The notes: generated by a model from the letters alone, not told the origin. A stretch of 63,534 nt of DNA, filler included, from Planctomycetota bacterium (GCA_026991575.1; 6 parts of 6 records of this genome joined end to end with filler, not necessarily neighbours in it); one strand, 5' to 3'. Counted from the first letter of the whole stretch, positions 40,169 to 50,446 are shown. Numbers and translations are program-made.

Positions 40169-40386
40169 CGGCCGGTCGACCAGTACGGACATGCCCCTGT
40201 CAGATCTGGCCATCGCTGGCCGTACACGGGGAGAAGGGGGTGCCGCGAGGGCCCCTTTATCAGAAGAGCGTGGACGGACAGCGGCACTGCTGCACGCCCA
40301 GAGGGTGGGCTCCGGGATCGGGCAGTCGATTCGTTGTCACCAACGCGAACGAACCTGCACGGACCGTCCGTGATCGAGGGTGATCC

Positions 40387-43300
40387 ATGAACATCCTGCG
40401 GCGATTATTCGGCTGGGGCGGTGAGAAACGGACGCAGGGGGCCCGACGACAAAGCGACGCTCGCCGTGGTGGTCGCGAGCCGGAGCCGGTGCCAGGCCAG
40501 CCGGAAGCTGAGACCGATCGAAAAGGTGACCAAGTCAACCAAGCGCAACGCACCGGCGGCCAGCGGAGTCGTACAACCGGGGGGCAAACGCGATCGCAGC
40601 GTTCAGAAGCCGCCACCGAGCGGGATCAGGCGCCATCGGGCCGCCTCTACTTGCAGTTCCGGGGCGCGTCTCGGGACGTAGACCGGGAAGTGAAGCTGAC
40701 GGGAGACCTTGAGAAGATCCGAGCGCGGCACAACTTCCAGGTCTTTCCACCGGGTAGCACAACCGCTCCACTGCTTGACGCCTTCATGGACATCTTTTTC
40801 CCGGACGGGTGCCAGGGTGAGTACCTGGTGGCCAACGTTAGTCTGGATCCGAAGCGACCCCGGCTGTTGATCCGTCCGGCGGTCATTTCTCCCCGGATGC
40901 GGGACGTGCTGCCCGCTGGTATTTCCCTAGCGATCAAGGGATACCTATGGGACAACCGATCGGACCCGGATAATCCCGTGTTGTACGTGAGCGAAATCGT
41001 GGACCTGAGCCACTGCGACCCGCGTCCATTTGAGCGGCGTCTCCGTGCCCAGACGATCACTGACCAGGAACATGTATTCCCAGCGTCTCGCCGCACCGCG
41101 AACTGCCTGACGCAAGAGTTCGTGCAATCTCTTCCGCTGATCTCCCGCGAGACGGACCACCGGCTGGCGGAGTGGATGACGTACCTTCGTGTCCGGGAGC
41201 GTCTCATCGCCGCTGCGGCCCGCGGGCTCCGTTATGTTGCGGTCGAGGTGACTGACGAGGGGTTGGTTCGTTTTCTGGTCGTGTGCCCGTCGGAAGCGGT
41301 GCTGCGCAGGCATGGCTTCCTGTTGCGCAGCACCGAGCTGGTGGCGGTCCCGGTGGATGACTCGTCGGATTCGTGGGAGTTCCGGCCCGATCCGGATGCC
41401 CGATTGCACGAGGAAGAGCTGGGTGAGGTGGTCGGCAAGTACGAACCTGCGAGCTTTGTGCCAGCCAGTGACATTCCATGGCCGGAGCCGTTTGCTGCTT
41501 GGTTGACGGTGCGCCCTGCGGAGCGCTTCCAGGACGAGTTTTCTGCGGCGAGTACGGAGAGCGAACGGGAAGCGGTCTGCCAGGCGATCCGCCAGGCTTA
41601 TCCGGCTGAGGGATTCCTGACGGTCTCGTCCATAGGCGACCGTGTCCTGTTGTCGCGCATGCGTGCCGCGATTCGAACGCTGCGCGAGCAGGGGGGATAT
41701 GCTCCGTTTCTGACGAGTTACTTCTTTGACATCTCACAGGCACGGGTCCCCCGGGAGCTGGTGGAAGTGCCCGAAGACCAGTGGGCTCTACGGCTGAATG
41801 ACTCCCAGCGGCACGCCGTTCGCGTCATGCTCAGTGCTCCGGACATCGCGCTGATTCAGGGGCCGCCGGGTACTGGAAAGACGACCGTGATTGCAGAGGG
41901 GGTGTATCAGTTCGTGCGTCGCGGCCGGACGGTGCTGGTGGCCTCTCAGGCAAATCTCGCCGTCGATAACGCGCTGGAGCGGCTGCCCCGAGTGCCTGAG
42001 ATCCGTGCCGTACGCCTGACGCACAAAGGCGATCCGGACAATCCGTACAGCTTAAGGAACGTGCTGTCCACCTACTACGGAAGCATTGCCGACCGCTGTG
42101 AACGGGAGACGCTCGGTCGGTTTCAGGAACTGGACGATCAACGCCCCACGCTGCAGGAGTGGCTGCAACGTGCGACGCTCGTGGAACACGATGCCGATGA
42201 AGCTCGTAGGTTGCTTGCTGAACGTGAGCGCACGTGGCGCAGCGTCTGTGATCGACTCGAGCGTGCGCGGCGGCTGAATCAGCGGGTTGAGCGTGCCCGG
42301 CAGGAGGCGGATGCGGTTCTTGCGTGCGCGGATCTGATCGATGGCGCCGCGGTGACCGCCGCAGCGACCACTGTCCCTGAACACGTTTCCAATGAGATCG
42401 CGCGTGAACTCATCGGGCCGCTCACGGAGCGCCTTCGAACAGCTGGCTTTGCCTTGAGCGATGCCTCTTCTGCCGGCACGACCACCGCGCCATTGGGGAC
42501 GCGCCTGCAACGCGTGCTGAAGCGGTGGGAGCAAGTCCACCGGGCGGCCGCGCGACTCAGGCAAGACCTCACCACGGCAGAGCGGCAAACGGGCGAGACG
42601 TTCATTGACCCGAAGCTGAACGAGGAGATCCAGGAGCTGCGCGCTTACCAGCAGACCCTGGCGAAGCAGCTCGAAACGGACGCGAGTGTTCTGCGAGAAT
42701 TCCAGGATGTGAGCAGGAAGCTGCGTGAGCTCCAATCGTCGGCCACCGCCGCGCTGGACCTGGACTGGTACCGCGGCCTCCTACGCAGCGACCACGTGCT
42801 ACTGCGGCCCGATCTGACGCGGGCTGCCGTAGTCGAGCAACTCTCTGGGCTGCTTGCGGCGATCGAGCAGATCGACAGCTGGCTTCGCTCTAGCCGCCGC
42901 GCTCTGGTCACCTGGCTGCGTCAGGAGGCGGTGCGGTTGCGTCGGGCTGCCGGCGAGCCGACGGCGACCGATGGCCTCGAAGCCGAGTGCCGGGTGGCGG
43001 AGGCGGAACTGCGCGACACGCGCCGCCGGCTGGAGGACGTTGAGCGAAGGATCGAGCAGCTGCGGCAGGAGGCATGCCGGCGGTGGCACATCGACCAGGG
43101 CGAGCTGGCCGCATGCCGGCAGCAGGTGGACGCACGACTCCGTGAACTCACCAGGCAAGCTAACGACCTGGCCCCCCTGCGCGAGGCCTGCGAAGGCCTG
43201 CTCCGCTGGTGGGTCGGGGCTCTGCGCGATCGAAATCGTGCTGCTAGGGACCAGGCAACCTTTCTCGACACGTACATACAGAGCTGTAACGTCGTCGGGG

Positions 43301-44487
43301 TGAGCTGCACGGAGAACCCGCGCACGCTCGAAAGCCACGGCCATACCTCGTTCGATGTCGTGATTGTCGACGAAGTCAGCAAGGTCACGCCCCCCGAGCT
43401 GCTGATCCCGCTGCTTCGCGGCCGCGTCGCGATTCTCGTCGGCGACCATCGCCAGCTGCCGCCGCTGTTTCGAGACACCGGCCTGAGCTGGGAAGAGGTG
43501 CGCGAGGAAGTAACCGCCGCCAGTGCTTCGGAAGGGGGCGACGAGGACGGCGACGACGATGCGTTGCCGCTGTCAGTGTTTTCCGACGAGCAGTGGGGCC
43601 GATTCCGGCGGATGGTGACCTCCAGTCTGTTCAAGGAGCTCTTCGAGACGGCCCCCGAGCCGCTTCGCGCGTTTCTGACAATCCAGTACCGCATGCACCC
43701 TCAGATCATGGAGGTGGTGAACTATTTCTACGACCACTTGCTTGAGTGCGGTCTGGCGAATGCCGACAGCGGTCCGGACGGTCGCGCACACGGCATCACG
43801 CTATGTGGACCGCGCGGCCGGCCCTACCTGACCCCAGACGTGCACGTCCTCTGGGTCGACACCAGCGTCGGCCCCCAGGGCAGGCCTTTCTTTGAGGAGT
43901 CCATGGGCACAAGCAAGGTGAACCGCCTTGAGGCTGCGGTAATTGCTTGGCTGCTCGGTGAACTTGACGACGCATTCGGTCGGCTCGGCTATGGCTCCAG
44001 TGGCAGGGCGGCCAAGCGCGTCGGGGTGGTCAGCTTCTACGGCCGCCAGATTCGGGCGATTCGTGAAAGCCAGCGGCGGTTGCAGCGGTTCCGGTCGCGC
44101 GCGTACCGAGCCATTCGGGTCGATATCGACACGGTGGATCGCTACCAGGGAAGGGAGCGGCCCGTGATCCTTGTCAGCTTGGTGCGCAGGCCACGCAGGC
44201 GGCTATCCCCGCATGCACTGACGGCCCAATACCAGCGAATCAATGTCGCGCTTTCCCGCGCGCAGGAGTTGCTCATTATCGTCGGGTCATGCGAGGTGTT
44301 CCAGAAGTATCCGGTCGACTTGCCGTACGTGCAGAGACCGGGCAGCAGAAAGGTGCCCGTGTACCGGTACATCGTCGACCACGTTGGCCGGATGGGGGGG
44401 CTGGCCCGGCTGTGCGATGTCGCCACGCGCGATCAGTTGCACGATCTGCTCTGGCAGCCAGCAGGTTTGAGAGAGGCGAGATTATGA
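40387..44487 (+). CDS. SF1B DNA2/NAM7/UPF1-like helicase with large coiled-coil insertion
   Basis: IQGPPGTGKTT, SQANLAVDNAL, VIVDEVSK, VGDHRQLPP, QYRMHP, TVDRYQGRE and RINVALSRA. About 400 helical residues lie between motifs Ia and II. Confidence 0.92.
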   Translation: MNILRRLFGWGGEKRTQGARRQSDARRGGREPEPVPGQPEAETDRKGDQVNQAQRTGGQRSRTTGGQTRSQRSEAATERDQAPSGRLYLQFRGASRDVDREVKLTGDLEKIRARHNFQVFPPGSTTAPLLDAFMDIFFPDGCQGEYLVANVSLDPKRPRLLIRPAVISPRMRDVLPAGISLAIKGYLWDNRSDPDNPVLYVSEIVDLSHCDPRPFERRLRAQTITDQEHVFPASRRTANCLTQEFVQSLPLISRETDHRLAEWMTYLRVRERLIAAAARGLRYVAVEVTDEGLVRFLVVCPSEAVLRRHGFLLRSTELVAVPVDDSSDSWEFRPDPDARLHEEELGEVVGKYEPASFVPASDIPWPEPFAAWLTVRPAERFQDEFSAASTESEREAVCQAIRQAYPAEGFLTVSSIGDRVLLSRMRAAIRTLREQGGYAPFLTSYFFDISQARVPRELVEVPEDQWALRLNDSQRHAVRVMLSAPDIALIQGPPGTGKTTVIAEGVYQFVRRGRTVLVASQANLAVDNALERLPRVPEIRAVRLTHKGDPDNPYSLRNVLSTYYGSIADRCERETLGRFQELDDQRPTLQEWLQRATLVEHDADEARRLLAERERTWRSVCDRLERARRLNQRVERARQEADAVLACADLIDGAAVTAAATTVPEHVSNEIARELIGPLTERLRTAGFALSDASSAGTTTAPLGTRLQRVLKRWEQVHRAAARLRQDLTTAERQTGETFIDPKLNEEIQELRAYQQTLAKQLETDASVLREFQDVSRKLRELQSSATAALDLDWYRGLLRSDHVLLRPDLTRAAVVEQLSGLLAAIEQIDSWLRSSRRALVTWLRQEAVRLRRAAGEPTATDGLEAECRVAEAELRDTRRRLEDVERRIEQLRQEACRRWHIDQGELAACRQQVDARLRELTRQANDLAPLREACEGLLRWWVGALRDRNRAARDQATFLDTYIQSCNVVGVSCTENPRTLESHGHTSFDVVIVDEVSKVTPPELLIPLLRGRVAILVGDHRQLPPLFRDTGLSWEEVREEVTAASASEGGDEDGDDDALPLSVFSDEQWGRFRRMVTSSLFKELFETAPEPLRAFLTIQYRMHPQIMEVVNYFYDHLLECGLANADSGPDGRAHGITLCGPRGRPYLTPDVHVLWVDTSVGPQGRPFFEESMGTSKVNRLEAAVIAWLLGELDDAFGRLGYGSSGRAAKRVGVVSFYGRQIRAIRESQRRLQRFRSRAYRAIRVDIDTVDRYQGRERPVILVSLVRRPRRRLSPHALTAQYQRINVALSRAQELLIIVGSCEVFQKYPVDLPYVQRPGSRKVPVYRYIVDHVGRMGGLARLCDVATRDQLHDLLWQPAGLREARL

Positions 44488-46838
44488 AGTGTCGTGCGCA
44501 GATCTGGGTGCCGGCCATCGAGTACACCGCCACGGTCACCGTTGCGCTACCGCGGCACGCAAACGTGTTCGAGGAGGCGATCCTGAGGGTATGCGCACAA
44601 CTGGCTAACCACCAAGACTACGGCAGCTACACCTGGCGGCAAGTTTTCGAGGAACTCCTCCATGTGCCGCAAGCAGATCGAGTGGTCGGGCCAGTGCTGC
44701 AAGGCCTTATCGATCTCGGTGCATTGAGTACCAACACACCGGGCCAGGAGCTCATGGACATCCCGGTACGGCGGTTCCAGATTCGTAGCCAGGGGCAACA
44801 GCTTCTGGAACGGGGCGAACTGCCGGCAAACCCCCAAGAATACTCCGTGACGGTTTACTACGACCCGATCGAGCACAGAGTGCTGGACAGAGTCCCGTTG
44901 GCAGACGCCCCCGGCGAAGCAGCGCTTCAGCCGCCGGAGCAGCCGGTCGAACCGCGTGAGCACGTGCGGCTATGGCTTGAGCGGAATCCCACGCAATACT
45001 GGCCGGCTTCGTGCCAGATCCTCTCCTGCCGGCTCAGCGCACTCGGGCAGAAGTGGCGGTGTGTGCCGTGTGTGCTGGAACTGAGAGATGGCGAGTTGGT
45101 GTTTCAGGCCGAAAGCTCGGCTCTTGCCGAGTACGTCGAAGCGCTGGACGCCCAGAAGGCGGCGGCTCTGGTGCAGCACCTTGTCGAGCCGCCAGGAAGT
45201 GTGACTGCGCCGGTGACCGCCACCTTGCCAGAGGTTGACCTTCGCGGCGCGGCTGTGGGGGAGGGTGAACAGTGGACGACGCTCCGCGACGCATTCGAAC
45301 AAGTCAGTCGCTCGAGCGGTGTGGCGATCGTGCACGCCGCCTGGGCCGAGTGCCTCAAGCTTTCTACGCCTCGCTCGTCCACCCTCATCTTCGCGGCCGA
45401 TGGCGGTTGCCAACATGAACCGGCCGTCGTGGCAGAAAGAGACCGTGTTGTCATCCGGACGGAGCGGCGGCCCCGGATGGCTGGATTCGTTGCAGCAACC
45501 GAGGACGCAGTGTTCTGGGCGGCTCACGTGACGGTTCGCCTGGCGCGCGGGACGGCACGCTTCGTACTCGCGCGGCGCGATAGCGAACCGCACGCACTCG
45601 CCGCCCGGGCGGACTTCCTTCGTTCGCTTGCCCTGGAACTGATGCGCAGCGGCGACGAACGTGCATCGCTGCCCGCTCGGTGGCTGAAGGAACGCGACTA
45701 TTGCACACTGTTGGTCCAAGCCGCCCGCGACCATTCGGAGGATCTTGGCCAACGGTGCGCGTTCCTGACGGACGTTCTGACTCGGCTGCCCGAGCAGGCC
45801 GGCTTTAGCCCAAAGCAGCTGGCGAGCACGTTCCTGGCGTTGCTGGACGAGCAGCAAGGGCCCGTTCCATGTGGTCATGGCATCGCGGTCATCCAGGCCG
45901 CCTGCCGGTTGGCCGGATTCGCTCCCGGCATACCACGCCGCATTGCCGACTGGATTGCATCCCGTGTGGCAGCAGCGTCGCTTGCAGAATACGAGCAATT
46001 AAGGCGCGCCATGTGCCGCCTGCTACCCAACTGGCGGCCCCACGAGGGAGCGCCGCTTTACACGGAGAGCCTCCTGCGGGAAGCGTGTCACGCGATTGCC
46101 CGCTCAAGTCGGCTGCCGCTGCAGTCGGACAACAAGCTGGAGGAGATCTTGCTGCGGCTGCACCGTCAGTGGCAACAGCTACGTTCGCGTCTTGGTGATG
46201 ACTTTGTGGCAGAGCGTTTCTCTGCGGATGACATGCACTCGGTGGCGGAGCGCCTGCTGACGGATCCGCAGGCTCTCGGCTCGGCACAGGCGTTCCTCGC
46301 GCTCTGGCAACGGGCCTGTGGTCGGTTCCGGCTACTGGCGAAGGCGGGAGCGGAGAGCGCTCTGGGACAAGTGATCGATCGGCTAGAGCGTCTGGTCCAG
46401 CAGTGGGACGAACTTGCTACGGAACGGCCCATCCGAGTGCTCTTCGACACGTCGGCGCTGATGGTTGCCCCGGAAGCGCTGCGGGCGGTGAAGCACTGCG
46501 AAGTGCTGATCCCCTCTGTGGTGCTGGAGGAGCTGGACGAGCTGAAGACACGCTGGCACAAGCAGCAGGCGGCCCGCAAGGCGATTCGCCTTCTGGAGGA
46601 GTTACGTCCTCACCTGCGTATCGTGCCGGTAAGGCCCGACCAGCTACCGGCCGGTGCCAGCCTCAGTGCGGACAACCTGATCCTCTCGGCCGCCATGGCC
46701 AGCAAGGATCAAAGCGTCGTCGTGCTCGTCTCGGAAGACCGGAACCTGAGGGTGAAAGCAACCGGTGCCGGAATCCACGCCATGACGGTCGACGAGTTCA
46801 ACGGCTTCTGGTGCCAGCGTTGGGGGAGCAGTTGGTAG
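44484..46838 (+). CDS. Large protein with C-terminal PIN ribonuclease domain (PhoH2/Smg6/Swt1-like)
   Basis: FDTSALM, IPSVVLEELDELK, ADNLIL and VSEDRNLRVKA supply the acidic PIN residues. ATGA overlap with the helicase stop at 44484-44487. Confidence 0.85.
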   Translation: MKCRAQIWVPAIEYTATVTVALPRHANVFEEAILRVCAQLANHQDYGSYTWRQVFEELLHVPQADRVVGPVLQGLIDLGALSTNTPGQELMDIPVRRFQIRSQGQQLLERGELPANPQEYSVTVYYDPIEHRVLDRVPLADAPGEAALQPPEQPVEPREHVRLWLERNPTQYWPASCQILSCRLSALGQKWRCVPCVLELRDGELVFQAESSALAEYVEALDAQKAAALVQHLVEPPGSVTAPVTATLPEVDLRGAAVGEGEQWTTLRDAFEQVSRSSGVAIVHAAWAECLKLSTPRSSTLIFAADGGCQHEPAVVAERDRVVIRTERRPRMAGFVAATEDAVFWAAHVTVRLARGTARFVLARRDSEPHALAARADFLRSLALELMRSGDERASLPARWLKERDYCTLLVQAARDHSEDLGQRCAFLTDVLTRLPEQAGFSPKQLASTFLALLDEQQGPVPCGHGIAVIQAACRLAGFAPGIPRRIADWIASRVAAASLAEYEQLRRAMCRLLPNWRPHEGAPLYTESLLREACHAIARSSRLPLQSDNKLEEILLRLHRQWQQLRSRLGDDFVAERFSADDMHSVAERLLTDPQALGSAQAFLALWQRACGRFRLLAKAGAESALGQVIDRLERLVQQWDELATERPIRVLFDTSALMVAPEALRAVKHCEVLIPSVVLEELDELKTRWHKQQAARKAIRLLEELRPHLRIVPVRPDQLPAGASLSADNLILSAAMASKDQSVVVLVSEDRNLRVKATGAGIHAMTVDEFNGFWCQRWGSSW

Positions 46839-46886
46839 CCGAACAGCGATCGGCTCAGGCCGCTTGCCACCGACGAGGGCGAGACT

Positions 46887-48779
46887 ATGCAGAGCACACG
46901 TGAGAACCAGTGGCTGGCAAACTTCAAGCGCGAAGCGGGGGTGCGGCGGTGCTTGATCGTCTACGGCAACGTGGCGGATCTGTGCTATGACCGCGACACG
47001 GGCACGTACGCACCCGTGCGCGATGTGATCGTTCGAGCATTGCTGCAGAAGGGGTTCGACCACGTCGCAATCTGGGATGCCGTCTGCGGGCTGTCGAACC
47101 TGGATGCCGACGTGCAGCGCAGGCTGGTTCACCGGGCGGCCTACGGTGCTGAGCGGCAGGAGGGGGAAGCGGCGGATGGCGGGGCTGGCGGCGGGCAGCC
47201 GTATGACCTCGGCGGGCCTGCACCGGGCCCGACCAGCGGTCAAGCCACACCGGCCGTGGAGACGTTGGAAGATTTCCTGGCAATTGTGCATGCCCAGTTT
47301 GTTGACCCGATTCGGGAGCGGATTGCGTTCGTGGTCGATCTGGCCGACTACCTCTTCGGCAATGCCAACGCGCTCTCCGACGCGGAGCGCCGGGCGCTGC
47401 TGGTCTTGTCCCGTGCTCTGGCCTATCGCGGCACACTGCTTGAGGGTGCCGACACCCTAACCAAGCCGGACAACCTGGTCGTGTTCTTGTGCCGTTCGCT
47501 TGGTGCCATCCCACCGGTCCTTTACCAGGGAAATCCGGCGGTGACCCAGCTACCGGTGCCTCAGCCGGGTCGCGTGGAGCGAGAAAACTTCGTGTCGCGC
47601 CATATCGATGTGTTCCGGCTCCGTTCTCCGCTCCAAGCCGGCACGCTCCCCTTCGACGACTTCGTCGACCGGCTCGACGGCCTGACGCTGACGGACCTGT
47701 TCCAGCTCGTTCGGCTGTCGCGTCAGTCCGGCCCAGAACCGCTTTCCGCCGAGCAGTTGGTCAGTCTCTACAAGTACGGCGAACGCACGAGCCCATGGGA
47801 AGAGTTGAGCCGCGAGAAGCTGGCGACGATTGAAGAGGCACTGAAGCGGCGTGTGAAAGGCCAGGACGAAGCCGTGCGCAAGGTGGCCGATGTCATTATC
47901 CGTGCCTACACTGGGCTTGCCGGCTTGCAGCATTCCCGCAAGCAGCGCATGCCCAAGGGCGTTCTGTTCTTCGTCGGTCCGACCGGTGTGGGCAAGACGG
48001 AACTGGCCAAAGCGCTGGCGGAGTTCCTGTTCGGCGACGAGGAGTCGTGCATTCGCTTCGACATGTCGGAATACAACCTGGAGCACAGCGACCAGCGGCT
48101 TATCGGTGCGCCGCCAGGCTATGTCGGCTACGAGGAGGGAGGGCAGCTGACGAACGCAGTGCGCGAACGTCCGTTCTCGGTGCTGCTCTTTGACGAGATC
48201 GAGAAGGCGCACGTCAGGATCCTGGACAAGTTCCTGCAGATCCTGGAGGACGGTCGCCTGACGGACAGCCGAGGTGAGACGGTCTACTTCTCGGAGACGG
48301 TCATCGTGTTCACGTCAAACATCGGCGCTGCCGAGATCCCCCCGGACCTGCCGCCGGAAGAAGTCAAACAGCAGTTCCTGCACAAAGTACGTCGTCACTT
48401 TGTGGAAGTGGCTGGTCGTCCAGAGCTCCTGAACCGCATCGGCGATAACATTGTGCCGTTCAACTTCATCACTTCGAGCGACTTCCTGGTGGAGATCGCG
48501 CGCGCGAAGATCCAGCCGATTCGTGAACGGCTGCGCGAGAAGTACGGCATCCGCGACTTTGTGTTCAACGACGAACAGCGTGCCCTGCGAGCTATCGCCG
48601 CTCAGGTGGATCGTGCCATGGGAGGCCGAGCTGTGGTGAACGAAATCGTCAGCCGAATCATCAACCCGCTGGCTCGCTTCCTGTTCGAGAACGCGACCGA
48701 CCCACGCTACTACAGGGAACGGATCGTAAAAGCGTACCAGGTCGAGAACCGGGCGGAATTCGTGTTCACTCTTGAGTAG
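46887..48779 (+). CDS. AAA+ ATPase with a ClpB-like NBD2 and a divergent N-terminal half
   Basis: GPTGVGKTE, RFDMSEY, GAPPGYVGY, LFDEIEKAH and GRLTD. No Clp N-domain and no canonical NBD1 Walker A. Confidence 0.88.
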   Translation: MQSTRENQWLANFKREAGVRRCLIVYGNVADLCYDRDTGTYAPVRDVIVRALLQKGFDHVAIWDAVCGLSNLDADVQRRLVHRAAYGAERQEGEAADGGAGGGQPYDLGGPAPGPTSGQATPAVETLEDFLAIVHAQFVDPIRERIAFVVDLADYLFGNANALSDAERRALLVLSRALAYRGTLLEGADTLTKPDNLVVFLCRSLGAIPPVLYQGNPAVTQLPVPQPGRVERENFVSRHIDVFRLRSPLQAGTLPFDDFVDRLDGLTLTDLFQLVRLSRQSGPEPLSAEQLVSLYKYGERTSPWEELSREKLATIEEALKRRVKGQDEAVRKVADVIIRAYTGLAGLQHSRKQRMPKGVLFFVGPTGVGKTELAKALAEFLFGDEESCIRFDMSEYNLEHSDQRLIGAPPGYVGYEEGGQLTNAVRERPFSVLLFDEIEKAHVRILDKFLQILEDGRLTDSRGETVYFSETVIVFTSNIGAAEIPPDLPPEEVKQQFLHKVRRHFVEVAGRPELLNRIGDNIVPFNFITSSDFLVEIARAKIQPIRERLREKYGIRDFVFNDEQRALRAIAAQVDRAMGGRAVVNEIVSRIINPLARFLFENATDPRYYRERIVKAYQVENRAEFVFTLE

Positions 48780-49407
48780 GATGACTGCTGTTGGAGATGG
48801 CCGTGCTGAGCAGCGCTCGGAACGAGGCCAGATCGAGAAGCGGATAGCCATTGGCCATGACCGTGCCGTCGGTGCAAATCCGGATTTCCATGGACGGCCG
48901 GTACCGGGGATCGTATTCGATGCCCGGCTGATAGCGATCCGTCAGGAAGTGGAACCGCTGGTTGCGGGAGCCAACCCAGTTCCGTTCGTGGTCCGGTTGA
49001 TCCTGGAGGTAAGGGCCGTCGACGACGACGTCGCACCAGCGGAGCAGTTCCCACGCACCTGGGAGGTCGAGCGCATCCAGCTGCTCGAGGCGGTATCCCG
49101 TGAACAGCATCACCGAGAGTCCCGCCTGTTGCGCCCGGCGAGCCACGACCGCCAGACCACGTGCCTGCAACAGCGGTTCGCCGCCCAGTAGCGTTATCCC
49201 CTCCAGCGCATGGGTCCGGGCAGCACGCACCACCCGCTCGGCAAACTGGTCTGCGTCGACAACGTGGCGGGGTACCAGCTCGAACATGTGAGGGTTGCAG
49301 CAGCCGGGACAGCGCAGCAGACAGCCCTGCACCCACAGCGCGAACCGCCTTCCCGGTCCTTCAGCCTCAGTGCACTCCAGCCAGGCTGCCAGGTTAAGCT
49401 TCGGCAT
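48766..49407 (-). CDS. Radical SAM protein (NrdG-like, single 4Fe-4S cluster)
   Basis: EGPGRRFALWVQGCLLRCPGCCNP (CxxxCxxC), GGEP, FTGY, DGPY and GSRNQR. Confidence 0.9.
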   Translation of the reverse strand: MPKLNLAAWLECTEAEGPGRRFALWVQGCLLRCPGCCNPHMFELVPRHVVDADQFAERVVRAARTHALEGITLLGGEPLLQARGLAVVARRAQQAGLSVMLFTGYRLEQLDALDLPGAWELLRWCDVVVDGPYLQDQPDHERNWVGSRNQRFHFLTDRYQPGIEYDPRYRPSMEIRICTDGTVMANGYPLLDLASFRALLSTAISNSSHPTQE

Positions 49408-49447
49408 GGCTGATTGTGTCCTCGCTGCGCGGTGCCACGCCCTGACG

Positions 49448-50446
49448 TTAGCGAGTGATTCCGCGGGCATGACTCAACGGTTCGGCACCTTTCTTGATCC
49501 GGTCCGGGTTCTGCCAGAACACGCGCCGCTCGGTTACCGGTAGGCCATAGACCTCCTGCAGCAACTTCATCACAGCATCCACGTCCTTCCGACACTCCAT
49601 GCCCTCGTAGCCATCCAGCTTGTAGTGGACACGGCCTTCCCTGTCCACGGCCAGCCAGCTGACCTGGCCGGCAGGCTTGCGCGCCTGGATGATAACCAGG
49701 TCCCTACCCTGTTCGGTTCGGTGCATCGGGGGTTGGACGGCGAAACCGACCTGATTCAACGCCTGGATCACCGAACGAACGATCTGTTTGCGGTGCTCTT
49801 CATTGAAGGCCGGTTCTGCTGTGTCACCTCCGGCCATGCCACTCAACGTGCGCACGGCGTTTTTCAATTCTCGAGCGGCCTCCTGCTGGGTCGTCGTACC
49901 CTGAGCCAGCGCTTCGCGCAGCCGCCGGAGCGCATCCAGAGCGGCCCGAGCTGCCTGGTCCTCCCGCTGTTCCTCCCGCAACTGCTCCTCGCCTTCAGCA
50001 AGCGCTGCTTCGACCAACTCCATCGTCGCGCGGCGCTCTTCCTCGGCCAGTTCGGTGTGCCACTGTGCGGCCCTTGCCGCAGCATCTTGCCGGATCTGTT
50101 CGATCCTCTGCCGGACAGTTGCAACGGCATCTTCAGGACTGCTCAGGGCAACGATCTGGTCGACTTGGTCCATCAGCTCGCGGAGCTGCTCCACCGCAAA
50201 GTCCCGCTCAATCGGATCGGCCAGTGCGGCCATCGCATCGGCAATCTGAAGGCGGATCTCCTCAGCGACCTGTGGCGCGCCCTGTGGAACCGGCCGGTAA
50301 CTGAGGCCCGCCGTAGCCTGCAACCGTTGCTTACGCACGCGCTGCCCCGCTTCACGCACGTGCCGTCTGCCGGCGGCAACCTGCCGCTCACGCCGTTCCC
50401 TGCGCAGCCGGCGTGCTGCCCGTGGTAGTGGTCCGACCAGCTGACC
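49448..50446 (-). CDS. Coiled-coil protein with DUF2997-like C-terminal domain (5' partial)
   Basis: Frame open to the contig edge. Long helical region, then AVDREGRVHYKLDGYEGMECRKDV resembling the DUF2997 dG.v...v.G..G..C pattern. Confidence 0.55.
   Translation of the reverse strand, partial: GQLVGPLPRAARRLRRERRERQVAAGRRHVREAGQRVRKQRLQATAGLSYRPVPQGAPQVAEEIRLQIADAMAALADPIERDFAVEQLRELMDQVDQIVALSSPEDAVATVRQRIEQIRQDAAARAAQWHTELAEEERRATMELVEAALAEGEEQLREEQREDQAARAALDALRRLREALAQGTTTQQEAARELKNAVRTLSGMAGGDTAEPAFNEEHRKQIVRSVIQALNQVGFAVQPPMHRTEQGRDLVIIQARKPAGQVSWLAVDREGRVHYKLDGYEGMECRKDVDAVMKLLQEVYGLPVTERRVFWQNPDRIKKGAEPLSHARGITR

Noticed and set aside
46887..48779. Calling the AAA+ gene clpB or clpA
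   Set aside because: It lacks the Clp N-domain, a canonical NBD1 and the middle domain; only NBD2 is ClpB-like.
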